Positions 48,548 through 63,952 of a stretch of 64,000 nt of DNA are shown here, piece after piece. The notes under the pieces are model-generated. The model saw nothing but the letters and a program-made list of their open reading frames with translations. It did not search any database and had not been told where the DNA came from. Origin of the DNA: Malacoraja senta (taxonomy: Eukaryota); the NCBI GenBank assembly GCA_038087875.1, contig CM075997.1, positions 8,372,001 through 8,436,000 of the forward strand, read 5' to 3'. The translations under genes and the position numbers were made by a program. Numbering within the stretch: the stretch's first letter is position 1; every line of letters begins with the position of its first letter.

Positions 48548-51500
48548 ATTTCACCCGTATCTGCCTTCAAAGGACCCACATTTGACGTTGCTACTCTTTT
48601 CCCCTTAACATATCTAAACAAGCTTTTACTGTCTTTCTTTATATTCCTGGCCAGCTTTCCCTCGTACTTCATCTTTTCAGCCCGTATTGTCTCCTTCTGT
48701 TGTCCTATGAAAGTTTCCCAATCCTCTGGCTTCCGGCTACACTTTGCTGTGTTACACATCTTATCTTTTAGTTTTATTCTATCCCTAACTTCTCTTGTCA
48801 GCCACGGTTGCCTCCTACTCCCCTTAGCATATTTCGTACTTTTTGGAATGAAATTATCCTGCGTCTCCCGGATTATGCCCTGAAATTCCTGCCATTGCTG
48901 TTCCACCGTCATTCCTGCTAGGATCCCTTTACAGTCTACTTTGGCCAGCTCCCCTCTCATGCCTTCATAGTCCCCTTGTTCAAATGCACCACTGTCACTT
49001 CCGATTTAACGTTCTCATTCTCAAATTGCAGATTAAAACTAATCATATTATGATCACTACCTCCAAGCGGTTCCTCGAGTTCTCTTTTCATATCTGGTTC
49101 ATTGGACAACACTAAATCCAGAATTGCCTTTTCTCTGGTCGGCTCCATTACAAGCTGCTCTAAGAATCCATCTCGGAGGCATTCTACAAACTCTCTTTCC
49201 TGGGGTCCTTAACCAATCTGATTTTCCCAGTCTACCTGCATATTGAAACCCCTATCACCACAGTGGCGTTACCTTTGTTACATGCCAGTTTTAACTCCTG
49301 CTGCAACTTACACCCTACATCCGGGCTACTATTTGGGGGTCTGTAAATAACACCAATTAGTGTCTTCTTGCCTTTACAATTCCTCAACTCAATCCACAGT
49401 GACTCTACCACGTCAGTCCCTATGTCTTCCCTCGCAAGGGACTGAATTCCATCCCTCACCAGGAGAGCTACCCCCCTCCTCTGCCCACCTGCCTATCCTT
49501 TATATAGGATGTATTACCCGAGAATTAAGTTCCCAGGCCTGATCCTCCTGCAGCCACGTCTCAGTAATCCCCACAATATCACATCTACCAACCTGTAACT
49601 GACGCTCATCTACTTTACTTCTTATACTTCGCGCATTCAAATACAATACATTTAATTCCTTACGCATCTGACCTTTCACATCGATCCCTATTCCACTTGG
49701 CCATACTCTCCTATCCCTTTGTGAGCTTCCTTTCCCGTTAATTCTGGGGCCATTAACCACCCCTTTACTCTCTTTCCCTTTAACTCCATCCTCGACTATC
49801 CCATTTGACACTCCACCCCCCTTATTCAGTTTTAAACCACCCGTGTAGCACTGGCAAACTTGCCTGCCAGAATGCTGGTCCGCCACCTGTTAAGATGCAA
49901 TCCGTCCCTGACAAAAACTCATATGTCAGGCTGTTATTCAACGATTACAGCTCGGCATTTAATACAATCATCCCCTCCAAGCTGATTACCAAACACGCAT
50001 CCCTCTGCAATTGGATCCTCGACTTCCTCATTCTCAGACCACAGTCTGTTCGTATTGGTGGAAATGTGTCAGACTCGATAACAATCAGCACGGAAGCTCC
50101 TCTAGGCTGCGTGCGCAGCCCCCTGCTGTACTCACTCTATATTCATGACTGCGTAGCCGGTCATAGTGCGAACTCGATCATCAAGTTCGCTGACGACACC
50201 ATTGTTGTGGGACGTATCACTGATGGGGATGAGTCAGAGTACAGAAGAGAGATCGAGCAACTGTCCATATGGTGCCAGCACAATAACCCAGCCCTCAACA
50301 CCAGCAAAACCAAGGAACTGATTATGGACTTTGGAAGGAGTAGGATGGGGACCCACAGTCCCGATTATATCAACGGGTCGATGGTTGAAAGGGTCAAGAG
50401 CTTCAAATTCCTGGGTGTGCACATCTCTGAAGATCTTTCCTGGTCCGAGAACACCGATGCCATTATTAAGAAAGCACGTCAGCGCCTCTACTTCCTGAGA
50501 AGATTACGGAGAGTCGGTTTGTCAAGGAGGACTCTCTCTAACTTCTACAGGTGCACAGTAGAGATCATTCTAACCGGTTGCATCCTGGCTTGGTTCGGCA
50601 ACTTGAGCGCCTTAAAGAGGAAAAGACTACAAAGAGTAGTAAACACTGCCCAGTCCATCATCGGCTCTGACCTTCCTTCCATCGAGGGGATCTATCGCAG
50701 TCCCTGCCTCTCAAAAAGGCTGGCAGTATCATCAAGGACCCACATCATCCAGGTAGAAAGTACAGGAGCGTGAAGACTGCAACGACCAGGTTCAGGAATA
50801 CTTCCCCACAGCAATCAGTCTATTATACTTGGCTCGGACAAAACTATGAACATTAATAGCCCATTATCTGTTATTTGCACTTTATCAGTTTATGTATTCA
50901 TCTGTGTATATATTTATATAATGGTATATGGACACACTGATCTGTTTTGTAGTCAATGCCTTCTATGTTCTGTTGTGCTGAAGCAAAGCAAGAATTTCAT
51001 TGTCCTATCAGGGACACATGACAATAAACTCACTTGAACTTCAATTTGAACTTTTGTACAGTTCTCCTTTACTCCAAAACAGATCCCAGTGATCTAAGAA
51101 TCTAAATCCCTGCCCCGTGCACCAGTTCCCCAGCCACACGTTCAGGTCCCGTACCTCCCTATTCCTGCTCTCGCCAGCACGAGGAACTGGAAGCAAACCG
51201 GAGATAACAACACTGGAGGTCCTGCTTTTCAGCATTTTTCCGAGCTCTCTAAAGTCACGCTGCAGAATATTCATCCCCTTCTTTTTGGAGAATACTGTAC
51301 CAGCACTCCCAAGTCCCATTGCATCTCCGTATTCTGAGTTATCTCGCCATTAAAAAAAACAATAAATACTTTTATTGCTCTATCCAAAATGCAAGACCCC
51401 ACTATTTGCTGTGCTTTGTTCCACTGGCCGCTTCTTTGCCCACTCTTCCAACCTATGCAGGTACTTCTGTAGTGCTCATACTTTCTCCACGCTACAGTCC

Positions 51501-54500
51501 CCTCCACGCATGTTCGTATCACCTGTAAGCTTGGCCGCAAAGCCTTCAATTCCCTCATCTAAATCTATGTAATACAGCGTGAAGAGTAGCACCCTCAGTA
51601 CGACCCCTGCATCACTGTCAGCAGAATTAAAACAAGCCTCCTTTATTGCCACACTTTTACCTCTGCCATCTAGCCAACTTGGTATTCATGCTACTAACTT
51701 CCCCGTGATAACATGGGCTCCCATCCACTTTTGCATTCTCAGATTTTCGAGTATATGAACTATAGGGAGAGGCTGTGAGCTATAGGGAGAGGTTGGGTAT
51801 GCTGGGTCTCTTTTCCATGCAGCGCAGGAGGATAAGGGAGGTTAATGTAGAGGTGTACACAATCATAAGAGGAATAGATCGGCTAGGTGAAAAGAGTCTC
51901 TTGCCCAGTGTTGGAGAATCGAGGAACAGAAGACATAGATTCATGGTGAGGGGGGAAAGATTTAATAGGAATCGGAGTGGTAACTTTTTCAGACAAAGGT
52001 TGGTGGTTGTATGGAACAAGCTGCCAGAGAAGGTAGTTGAAGCTGGGACTATCCAATTATTTAAGAGACACTTCGACAGGTAAATGGATAGTACAGGTTT
52101 GGAGAGATATGGACCAAGCGCGGTGTAGCTGGGACATCGTTGGCCGGTGTGGACAAGTTGAACAAAAGGGCCTGTTTCCTCACTGTATCATTCTATGACC
52201 CCGTGACTCTACGAGCGGCAGCCAAACATAGCTCTCTGAAAAAACAGGTAAACAACATCGACTGCCGATCCTTTGTCCATCCTGCTATTTACTTCCTCAA
52301 ATAATCCCAACAGGTTCTTCTGGTAACATCTCCCAGTCAAAACACTATTTTTTATCACGTGCTTCAAAGTACTCAGAAATCTCATCATTTGTTATAGATA
52401 CATAGATACATAGAAAATAGGTGCAGGAGTAGGCCATTCGGCCCTTCGAGCCTGCACCGCCATTCAATATGATCATGGCTGATCATCCAACTCAGTACCC
52501 CGTACCTGCCTTCTCTCCATACCCCCTGATCCCTTTAGCCACAAGGGCCACATCTAACTCCATCTTAAATATAGCCAATGAACTGGCCTCAACTACCCTC
52601 TGTGGCAGAGAGTTCCAGAGATTCACCACTCTCTGTGTGAACAAGTTTTTTCTCATCTCGGTCTTAAAGGATTTCCCCCTTATCTTTAAGCTGTGCCCCT
52701 TGTCCTGGACTTCCCCAACATCGGGAACAATCTTCCTGCATCTAGCCTGTCCAACCCCATAAGAATGTTGTACGTTTCTATAAGTTCCACTCTCAATCTC
52801 CTAAATTCTAGCGAGTATAAGCCAAGTGTATCCAGTCTTTCTTCATATGAAAGTTCGGACATTCCAGGAATCAGTCTGGTGAACCTTCTCTGCACTCCCT
52901 CTATGGCTATAATGACCTTCCTCAGATTTGGAGACCAAAACTGTACGCAATACTCCAGGTGTCGTCTCACCAAGACCCTGTACAACTGCAGTAGAACCTC
53001 CCTGCTCCTATACTCAAATCCTTTTGCTATGAAAGCTAACATACCATTCGCTTTCTTCACTGCCTGCTGCACCTGCATGCCTACTTTCAATAACTGGTGT
53101 ACCATGACACCCAGGTCTCGCTGCATCTCCCCTTTTCCTAATCGGCCACCATTTAGATAATAGTCTGCTTTCCTGTTTTTGCCACCAAAGTGGATAACCT
53201 CACATTTATCCACATTATACTGCATTGGCCAAACATTTGCCCACTCACCCAGCCTATCCAAGTCACCTTGCAGTCTCCTAGCATCCTCCTCACAGCTAAC
53301 ACTGCCCCCCAGCTTAGTGTCATCCGCAAACTTGGAGATGTTGCCTTCAATTCCCTCATCCAAGTTCATTAATATAAATTGTAAATAGCTGGGGTCCCAG
53401 CACTGAGCCTTGCGGTACCCCACTAGTCACTGCCTGCCATTGTGAAAATGACCCGTTTACTCCTACTCTTTGCTTCCTGTTTGCCAGCCAGTTCTCTATC
53501 CACATCAATACTGAACCCCCAATACCGTGTGCTTTAAGTTTGTATACTAATCTCTTATGTGGGACCTTGTCGAAAGCCTTCTGAAAGTCCAGATACAACA
53601 CATCCACTGGTTCTCCCCTATCCACTCTACTAGTTACATCCTCGAAAAATTCTATAAGATTCGTCAGACATGATTTACCTTTGGTAAATCCATGCTGACT
53701 TTGTCCAATGATTTCACCACTTTCCAAATGTACTGCTATCCCATCTTTAATAACTGACTCTAGCAGTTTCCCCACTACCGATGTTAGACTAACTGGTCTG
53801 TAATTCCCCTTTTTCTCTCTCCCTCCCTTCTTAATAAGTGGGGTTACGTTTGCTACCCTCCAATCCTCAGGAACTACTCCAGAATCTAAAGAGTTTTGAA
53901 AAATTATCACTAATGCATCCACTATTTCTGGAGCTACTTCCTTAAGTACTCTGGGATGCAGCCTATCTGGCCCTGGTGATTTATCGGCCTTTAATCCATT
54001 CAATTTACCCAACACCACTTCCCGACTAACCTGGATTTCACTCAGTTATGGACTCTAAAATCTTACCAACCACTGAATTGAGGATATCCGGCCTATAGTT
54101 TCCCGTTTTGCTCCGTTCTTGAACACCGGGGTAATATTCACAGATTTCCAATCGACTGTAACCACTCCTGGCTCTAGTGATACTTCAAAGATCAGTACCA
54201 ATGCCTCCATAATCTCGAAAAAACACTGTTTCAGACGGTGGGATACAACCTATCCGATCCAATTGACATACCCCTCCAGACCATTCAGATTTCAAAATAA
54301 CCTCCTTAGTAATAGCTATTCCATTAACTTCCACCCTCTGATAATTTTGAATTTTAGGATCGCCCTGATGTCTTCCACTACGATGCGAAAAAAGTTATTC
54401 AATTAGACTTAGAGTGATATACTGTGGAAACGGGCCGTTCAGTCCAACTTGCCCACATCGGCCAAACTTTCCCACCTGCCAGAATTTGGTCAATATCCCC

Positions 54501-57500
54501 ACAAACCTGTCCTATCCAAGTGCTTTTTCCCGAAATGCTTCCTATGTGTTGGGATAGACCCTGACTCAAACACCTCCTCTGGCAGCTTGTTCCATGCATC
54601 CACCACCCTTTGTGTGAAAATGTCACTGCTCAGATTCCACTATAATTTCATTACTCATCATTGTCACTTTTTGGCATCGTTGTCCAATGTCCGCTCTTGC
54701 CTCTTTGTTACTCTTTATATATTTGAAGAGACATTTGCTGTCCTCTTTTGTATTATTGGCTAGTGTGATTTCATAACTGACCCTTTCCATCCGTGTTGTC
54801 TTTTTATTTACTTTCTGTTGCTTTGAAAAGATAACCAATCTTCCAACTTCCCACTAACCTTTGCAATGGTATATGCCTTTTCTTTTAGTTGTATGCCGTC
54901 CCATGGTCGCATTATTCGCCCCTTTGAATCTTTCTTCCACGTTATAATGAAAACAAACCTGCGTCTTCCGAATCATTCATAGAAATTCCTGCCATTGCTG
55001 TTGCATGGCTATCCCGCCAGCATCCCGTTGCAATCAACTTTAGCCCGCTCCTCTCAAGCATCCCTATTAAATGTGTTCAACTGTAATAACCTCACATCGG
55101 TTTTCATCTTAACCATACAACCAATAACCATTACAGCATGGAAACAGGCCATCTCGGCCCTTCTAGTCCATGCCGAACACCCCCCCCCTTCTTTCTGCTT
55201 ACTTCCCCCTAGTCCCCTCATCTACCTGCAATTCTGGTTGAATTCTATCATATCATCGTCACTAACTCCTCGTGGTACCTTTACCTTAAGTTCTCTAATC
55301 AAATCAGGTTAATTGCACACCTATATAATTAAAAGTGTCATCTTGACCACTTCCTGTCTGCGCTGTATATTGATTTTAGAAAAAAAACGCTACCATATAT
55401 CGCCATGATTTTTGGTGATCTTACTCACAGTCCTTTTCCGCTCTGCAGGCCCCAAGGATTTTTCCCATCGATGAAAAATAAAAAAAAGTTATGAGTGCTT
55501 AAAATACCTTGAGATCCTCTCACCTGTCAATCACCGCAATGAAAATAACGGGGCTTATGCTTCTGGGGGGAGCAGGACTATAAAACCCCGGATGCCTGGA
55601 TGTGATTCAGTCATTCTGCAAGATCGCGAGGGAGAGGCCACGACTCTCATTCTAAGCTGTGAATCAACTAAACTATGAGTCTGCAATGTACTTGCAATAA
55701 ATGATTTGTTAGCCCTTGTCAATGTCATGAGTTGTTTGGCTTGCTGCCCTGCCTGTGCTTGAAACTGCAATGCTTTGTTATGTCCGACTGTGTTTGGATG
55801 GAATACATGCTTTATTAGGTCCGACTGTGTTTGGTTCAAAAGTACCGCTCATTACGTGACTTCCGCTTAGTGGACAGATCGCGCTGTTTGCGTAATTTGC
55901 GCTGAGTGCAGAAGTCGCGCTGATTGCGTAATTTCCGGTACATGCGGAGGTCACGCTGATTGCGGAAGTGCCGCTGATTGCGGAAGGCCCAAAGTAGAGA
56001 GCCGCGCTCAGCCGTGTGAGTATTCATGAAAGTTTACTGTTATATATGTGGTGTGTGTCAGTGAGTGTGTGTGTATGTGTTTGTGAATTTGTGTGTGTGA
56101 GTGTCTGTGTTTTGTGTGTGTGTGTGTCTGTTTATGTGTGTGTGTTAGTGTGTGTGATTGTGTGTGTGTGTTTGAATGTGTGTGGGTGATTGTGTGCGTG
56201 TGCGTGAGTGTCTGTGTTTGTGTGTGAGTGTGTGCGTGTGAGTATGTGTGTGTGTGAGCGTATGTGTGTGTGAGTGTCTATGTGAGTATGTGTGTGTTTG
56301 TGAGTGTATGTGTGTGAGTGTATGTATGTGTGTGTGTGTGTTTAAATGTGTGTGGTGATTGTCTGATAGAGTGGGTGGCGGCGCGACTCACTGTGAGTGT
56401 CTATGTGAGTGTGTGTGTTTGTGGGTGTATGTGTGTGAGTGTATGTATGTGTGTGTGTGAGTGTTTGTGTGTGAGTGTCTGTGTGTTGAGTGCGTGTGTG
56501 AGTGTCTGTGTGTGTGTTATTTGTATGTGTATGAGTGTGTGTACGTGAGTTTATGTGTGTGTGTTTGTGAGTGTCTGTGTGTGTGTGTTTGCGAGTGTGT
56601 GTGTGCATATGCGTGCGTATGTGTCTGTGTGTGAGTGTATGTGTGTGTGTGAGTGCGTGTGTGTGACTGTGTGTGTGAGTGGGTGAGTGAATATATGTGT
56701 GTGTGTGTGTGTGTTTGTTTGTGAGTGTGTATGTGTGTGTGAGTGTGTGTAAGTGTGTGTGTGTAAGTGTGTGTGTGTGTGAGTGTATGTGAGAAAGGGA
56801 ATGTGCGTGAGGAAGGGAATGGCATGCAGTATGGTGGGGAGGTTAAGGGAGCAAGGCTGAATGAGTAAACTGCCACCACACCAGCCGTGAGTAACTGGAC
56901 TGCCAGCTCACCAGCCATAAGTAACTGAACTGCCAGCCCTCCAGCCATAAGTCACTGATTGCGTGTGTGTGTACGTGTGTGTATTTGTGTGTGAGTGTGT
57001 GTGTATGTGTGTGATTGTCTGTGTGTGCGTGCGTGAGGGTCGGTGCGTGTGAGTTTGTGTGTGTGAGCGTCTGTGTGAGTGTGCGTGTCTATTTGAGTGT
57101 GTGTTTGTGAGTGTATGTGTGTGTGAGTGTATGTATGTGTGCGTGAGTGTGTGTGTGTGTGTGTGTGTGACAGTCTGTGTGTGTGAGTGTTTGTGTGAGT
57201 GTCTGTGCGTGATTGTATGTGAGGAAGCGAATGTGCGTGAGGAAGGGAATGGCATGCAGCATAGTGGCGAGGTTATGGGAGGAAGGGTGATTGAGTGAAC
57301 TGCCACCACACCAGCTGTGAGTAACTGGACTGCCTGCCCACTAGCCATACGTAAAGTGAACTGCCAGCCCACAATCCGTAAGTCACTGAACTGCCAGCCC
57401 ACCAGCCAAGACTCACTAAACTGCGAGCGCAAGAATCCATTCAGCCCCTCCTCTCCCACTTCTCTCTCACAGAGTCTATCACCTGTTTTGGGAAGAATTT

Positions 57501-60473
57501 ATGGCAGTTTCTCAGCTGCCAGCCTGCGTGACTGTGCTGCCGAGCTTGAGTGAATGAACTGCCTGGCTTCAGTGAGTGAACTGCCAGCCCAGTAATCCAT
57601 TTGGCCCACTATGTCCATACTAACCCTCTGGAAACCAGTCCCACAACACCCTTGCTAGCGCTCCAGAAAGCCCCTCCCCCACTGGCCAGCAATATTGGAA
57701 TTGGTGGAGAGGTGGAATATTGCGTTGGGGGACCAGCAGTCCAGTGTGAAGCTGGAATCCTGCGGGTCCCACTTAGTCTAGTATTTACTATTGTGAGTAT
57801 TGTTCGGTCGACATTCACTCATGAAGGGAAAGCAGCAGCAGTCCGATTGGTAACACATTGAGTGGTCATGTTACATGTAGGCGTTGGGAAATGTCTGGCG
57901 AGTAATTGTGAGAGCAGCCGAACAGTCAGTTGCATAGAGTTGCTGAGTTTGTATGATGTCCTCGTGACCGGGTGGGTGTTCTCCGGGATCTTCGGTTTAC
58001 TCCAACATTCCAGGTTAGTCGGTTAATTGGCTTGGCATAATTGTAAACTGTCCTTAGTGTGTGAAGGATAGAGTAAATGTGCGGGAATCGTTGTTCGGTG
58101 CGGAACCGAAGGGCCTGATTCCGCGCTGATTCTCTAAACTAAACTAAACTAAACTAAACTAAACTAAACTAAACTAAACTAAACTAAACTAAACTAAACT
58201 AAACGAAACAAAACGAAACAAAACGAAACAAAACGAAACTAAACTAAACTAAACTAAACTAAACTAAACTAAACTAAACTAAACTACACTAAACTAAACT
58301 AAACTAAACTAAATAAATATACTGTCGTTTCCGTGGCAGGAAACGAGACTCCTTAACGGCGCTTTGATCTCCTGGTTCAAGGATGAAGAATAACACTGTG
58401 AGGGCCATGGCGTTGTGAAAGCGCATGGACAATATCTTGGGTTTACTAGCGACAAAGACTGGAAGACAGATGAGACATACCAATGGAAAGCAGCTAATTA
58501 GATGGGAAGTAAAAATATGACCTCTGGGGTTTTACTCTCATGGTTACTCGCCGTGCAGGAAATTGGATGACAGTAGAGTTGAATGGCTGTTGTCAATATA
58601 GTTCGGGTCCGTTTGTTTCATTTGGGGTATGTATGTTGCATTTGTGATCTGTGCAACGCATAAGCTCCAATAGAAAGTTCATTGTGGGATTCAGGCAACA
58701 ATGGCCAATCCCCATCAATACATATATCCTCGCGTTTCGGAAAAGGAAACAAATAATGGATCTAAATGTAAATAGGCATAAAATGCTGGAATAACTCGGT
58801 GGGTCAGGCAGCATCTTTGGAGAAAAGGAACATGTGGCGTTTCGCGTCGAAACTCTTCTCCAGAATTCATTTGCTATCCAAATTAATCATATATATTTTA
58901 CATAAACACAATCAAGTTAAATTCAAGTACAATAGATAAATGCAAGACAGAATGTAAGATATAGTTTGAATAAATGGATTCAGTCCGACGAAGGGTCTCG
59001 ACCTGAAACGTCACCTATTTCTTCTCTCCATAGATGCTGCCTCACCCGCTGAGTTACTCCAGCATTTTGTGTCTACCATAGGATATAGTTTACTGCATCA
59101 TAGATAAAGTACAAAGCCCGTATGCTGGGCTGTCAAATCGGACAATATCTCATCTTATGGAAGCCTAATAACAGAGAAGAAACTGTTCCTAGGTTTGGTG
59201 TTGCGCGATTTCAAGTTTCCGCACCTTCATGGTATGGCTGCAGAGGGAAGGAATGGCCGGGATGTTCAAAAGTTGATTAATTTGTCTGTTTTTCCAAATT
59301 AGATGGAGTGAATGGAGGAATGTCTGTTCTGCGTGATAGACTGGGCCACGTCTACATGTCTCTGCAGTTTACTACGGCCTGGAGCAGAACGGGTCCTAAG
59401 CCAAGCTGCGAGGAAGATAACAATATGTTTTCTATGGCGTATCTACACACATTTGTAAGAGTCATTGGAGACGTGCCGAATGTTCTTCACGCTCCTAAGG
59501 AAGTAGAAGGTTGTGTGTCTTTTGGCTGTGGCAGAAATGTGGTTCATGACAGATCGTTGGTAATATTTACGTCAAAGAACATGAAGGTGCCACTTGGACA
59601 CCAATCATGCCGGTTACACCAAGTACTTCAGAACGCTTCCCGAGGTCTAGCTGACGTCAAGGACGAGGTTATTTTCTAGACACCACGTAACTACGTTCTT
59701 TGCCTCATTCCTCTACTCCGTCTTGTCTTTGGTCGAAATCAAGCCCACCATCTTGCCGACTTCTGGAAATTGTAACTGGAATTGTGCAGCATTTGGCCGT
59801 ACAGTCGTGAGTGTATGCGGAGAACGCATCCATGCGGGGCACCAGTGTTGATATATATTGTGGGGATGGTGTTGTCGCCTATCTTCACTGATTGTGGTCT
59901 GAAAGGCGAGGATGCAATGGCAGAGAGGACGATATTTCCCAGGTCATCAAGTTTGGGGAAGTTTGCAGTGGATTCTGGTGTTGATAGCGGAGCTACAATC
60001 GTTAAATATGAACCGATTATAATTAATACAAGATGAACATTCTAATATGAAGACATTTATTAAATTTGAATTTGTGTCCATATAAATGAGCTATAAGGGG
60101 CGTAACAATTCAAGGGATACAACGCAAAGATATTAGAGACGTTAACGTGGTTGTGTTGATCGCATGTGATGGATATTTACGAGTCGAATTCTCTCCTGCA
60201 GAACACGGGTGCAAATCTGCCCAAGTTTACATTTTTGCACATAGCTTACATCTTTTGCAATCAAATGGCAAAACTTACGTTAAATTGATCGAAACTTTAT
60301 CAGCAATGCATGGGTCTTACTCTGTGGTGTGAACGCTCCAGCGTTTTATGTCATTTTGTTTTGCAGCAGTCACTTGTAATTAAGATAATGGAAGGAGGAA
60401 TTTTAAGGCAGAGTGGAAATTCGACCTCCTTTTATGCAAAGTTTCCTGTCAATTAATAGCAACGCGCTGAGTA

Positions 60474-60784
60474 CTAGTCTCCCTCGTTGCCCACTATTAG
60501 GCGCACAGTGTCACTCAGTTCTGATGTCAACATCCTTCCCTTCCCTTCTGTCTTGTACACACACGTGTAATTTCCTGCATCGCTGTGATCGACGTTCACC
60601 CTGGTGAAGCTTGCAGTATTGCTCCCCGCAGGAGCGGATCGGACATCCGAGTAATGAGTATCTCCCTCTTTGAATAAGTAGAACAGGAAGCCAGGAGTTT
60701 CCGAGGGGCTCGTGCAGTTAAAGATGACTTGACTGCCCCTCTCAGAATGTCGGGAATCCAAGGATAAACGTGGTTTCGGCGAAT
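60474..60784 (-). CDS. Duplicate of Ig exon 3
   Basis: Same translation as 15512-15822; one synonymous GTA/GTG difference near the end. Confidence 0.82.
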
Positions 60785-63661
60785 CTGCAATTTAAGTTGC
60801 ATTGGGTGAGGAGAGAAAAATCGTCAGAAAGGAAATTGTAATACACCAGTTGAGCAGACGCTATTCATCTCTCCGAACGGCCCGTGTGACGCCAATGCAG
60901 TGGCACAGCACAGGAAGTGCGCAAGCTATTTTATTTACGTGATGAAATGTTTCGGCACGTTCTGCATTACCGAACGAATCAACCTGAATTCATCCAAACA
61001 AAACATGGAATGTGCTATTTATCGGCAGGAATGATTCAGTGGGTACCAATTTGTGCACTATTTCCTCCATTTGTTTGATACATTCTCCAACCTCATATAT
61101 TGTATTCCCTATTCCCGATACGGCCAACCGTAAATTCGGCGAGCGTTTCGCCGTACACACGCTTGATATAGAAACGTGCATTGATATCCCGGTTGCTGAC
61201 AATTTAAACCCCTTACCCAATCCTATTCTGCCCTTTCTCTCCATGGCCTCTTCCCCTGGCAGACCCCATGCACAAACTGGAGGAACAGCACCTCCTTCTC
61301 CGCTTGGGCAGCTTCCAAGCCAATGGCATGAACATTTAAATGTCTAATTTTATGTAACCTCTAATAAACCCCTTCCCATTCACCTGCATTTATCTCCCAT
61401 ATCCACTTCCCCCCGCCTCCATCCCCTGCTCTCTGCCACACCCGGACTTGCATCTATCCACACCACACCCCCACGACCTCCACCTTCATTCCTTCCTCAG
61501 GCTTCACATTTTGCAGCTCTTCAATCATGCTGTTTTGCACCATTCTGTTAAATTCATTGTTCATGCCACCCTACTCTCAGATCCCTTTGTCACCATTGTT
61601 ACTAAGCGTGCAGGAATTACGATATGTTTGTTGATGGTTACCACGTGGCAGCCTTCAACTTTATCTGCATTATTCCCTCCCAAACCTGGCTGCAGTTCCG
61701 TTTCCTTCGTGTCTGTTTCCACTAAACACCCACCTATTACCGTCTTCCAACTTTTATCTCTCTATCATCCCCATCTGGCTTCTGCTGTCCATCATTCTTC
61801 TCCACTCCCCTGTCTACCTGTCAGTTCGGTCAGTATGTCACCCCTCCACTTATCTTCGTTCTAACGAAATAATTTCTATTCACGCACCCCCTGGATATGT
61901 CTCAAAAACGAAAATGGGCAAATCCCCCAACCCCCGACACCCAACGTACACAGAACCATTTCTGCAGGCTGATATCCGCCTGCACTTTTGTTTTTGTTCC
62001 AGACACCAGCGTCTGCAGTTTCCCGCGTCTCAAAACAATATTCGGAAAGAGATATTTTCCACATTTACTCCAGACCATTTTAGTATCATCTGGAGAATCA
62101 CCAATATTGCAAATACACAGACGCATATGGACCCAATGTGGACACATGCTAGAGTGATACAAAAAGCTGGAGTTACTCAGCGGGACAGGCAGCAACTCTG
62201 GAGAGAAGGAATGGGTGACGTTTCAGATTGAGACCCTTCTTCAGACGGTCAGATAAATTATGTTCGTGCTGATGGGAGCAACAACCGGCGCAGCTTCTTG
62301 GGAAGTCTTTGACTCCAATCGGAGCGTAGATATCAGGCTTGAGATATACAAGGAACAATTAGTTAACAATTGAAAACTGGCCAATCAACTGTATACAGTT
62401 TCTTGCTTACTCTAATCAATTGATTAAATTGATTACATTCGATGAAAAGCCTTCCAGTCCTGTCCACTCACTGCAGAACGGTCCGGGACACTTCTTCCAC
62501 GCTAGTAAATTCAAGACTCGCCGAACTGATACATTAAATGCGATTAAAACACATTTGATTTCCCCGACTGAATTCTTTTGGGACCAGTGAAATGATCAGT
62601 CATTGAATATCATTCTGGATCCTTCCTACTCATGCTTGTCCCAAAGTCTGCATTATTATCAGATAAGTCCTCTACCATCACATTAGAAACATAGAAACAT
62701 AGAAAATAGGTGCAGGAGTAAGCCATTCGGCCCTTCGAGCCTGCACCGCCATTCAATATGATCATGGCTGATCATCCAACTCAGTATCCTGTATGTGCCT
62801 TCTTTCCATATCCCCTGATCCCTTTAGACACAAGGGCCACATCTAACTCCCTCTTAAATATAGCCAATTAACTGGCCTCAACTACCTTCTGTGGGAGAGA
62901 ATTCCACAGATTCACCACTCTCTGTGTAAAAAATGATTTTCTATTCTCGGTCCTAAAAGACTTCCCCCTTATCCTTAGACTGTGACCCCTTGTTCTGGAC
63001 TTCCCCAACATCGGGAATAATCTTCCTTCAGCTAGCCTGTCCAACCCCTTAAGAATTTTGTAAGTTTCTATGAGATCCCCCCACAATCTTCTAAATTCTA
63101 GCGAGTACAAGCCGAATCTATCCAGTCTTTCTTCATATGAAAGTCCTGCCATACCAGGAATCAGTCTGGTGAACCTTCTCTGTACTCCCTCCATGGCAAG
63201 AATGTCTTTCCTCAGATTAGTAGACCAAAACTGTACGCAATACTCCAGGTGTGGTCTCACCAAGACCCTGTACAACTGCAGTTGAACCTCCCACCTCTTA
63301 TACTCAAATCATTTTGCTATGAATGATAACATACCATTCGCTTTCTTCACTGCCTGCTGCACCTGCATGCCTACTTTCAATGACTGGTGTACCATGACAC
63401 CCAGGTCTCGTTGCATCTCCCCTTTTCCTAATCGGCCACCATTCAGATAATAGACTACTTTCTAGTTTTTTCCACCAAAGTGGATAACCTCACATTTATC
63501 CACATTATACTGCATCTGCCATGGATTTGGCCACTCACCCAGCCTATCCAAGTCACCTTGCAGCCTCCTAGCATCCTCCTCACAGCTACATCTACCCCCC
63601 AGCTTCGTGTCATCCGCAAACTTGGAGATGTTGCACATTTTACACACATAAGCAGACTTAC

Positions 63662-63952
63662 GTGCGACGATGACCGTCATAGGCTCGCTGAGATGGGACC
63701 ATAATCGCCTCATTTGCACAACGGTTCTATACTTGCACTGGTACTGGCCTCCTTGATTTGACCTGTTGATCGTGAACATTCCAATGTGGCCTTTGATGAA
63801 GATTTGACGACGTTTCAGCAGTTTGTTTTCCCTATAGAACTGGACTCTATCCTTTTGTTCCCTGTCAGATCGACAGACGAGAATGACTGTTTCATCTCTG
63901 GCATACACCCCAGTCGATTTGTCAAGAGAGATAACTGGCGGTGGCAGTGGAG
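63662..63952 (-). CDS. Duplicate of Ig exon 2
   Basis: Reverse complement of 12344-12634 with the same splice sites. Confidence 0.84.
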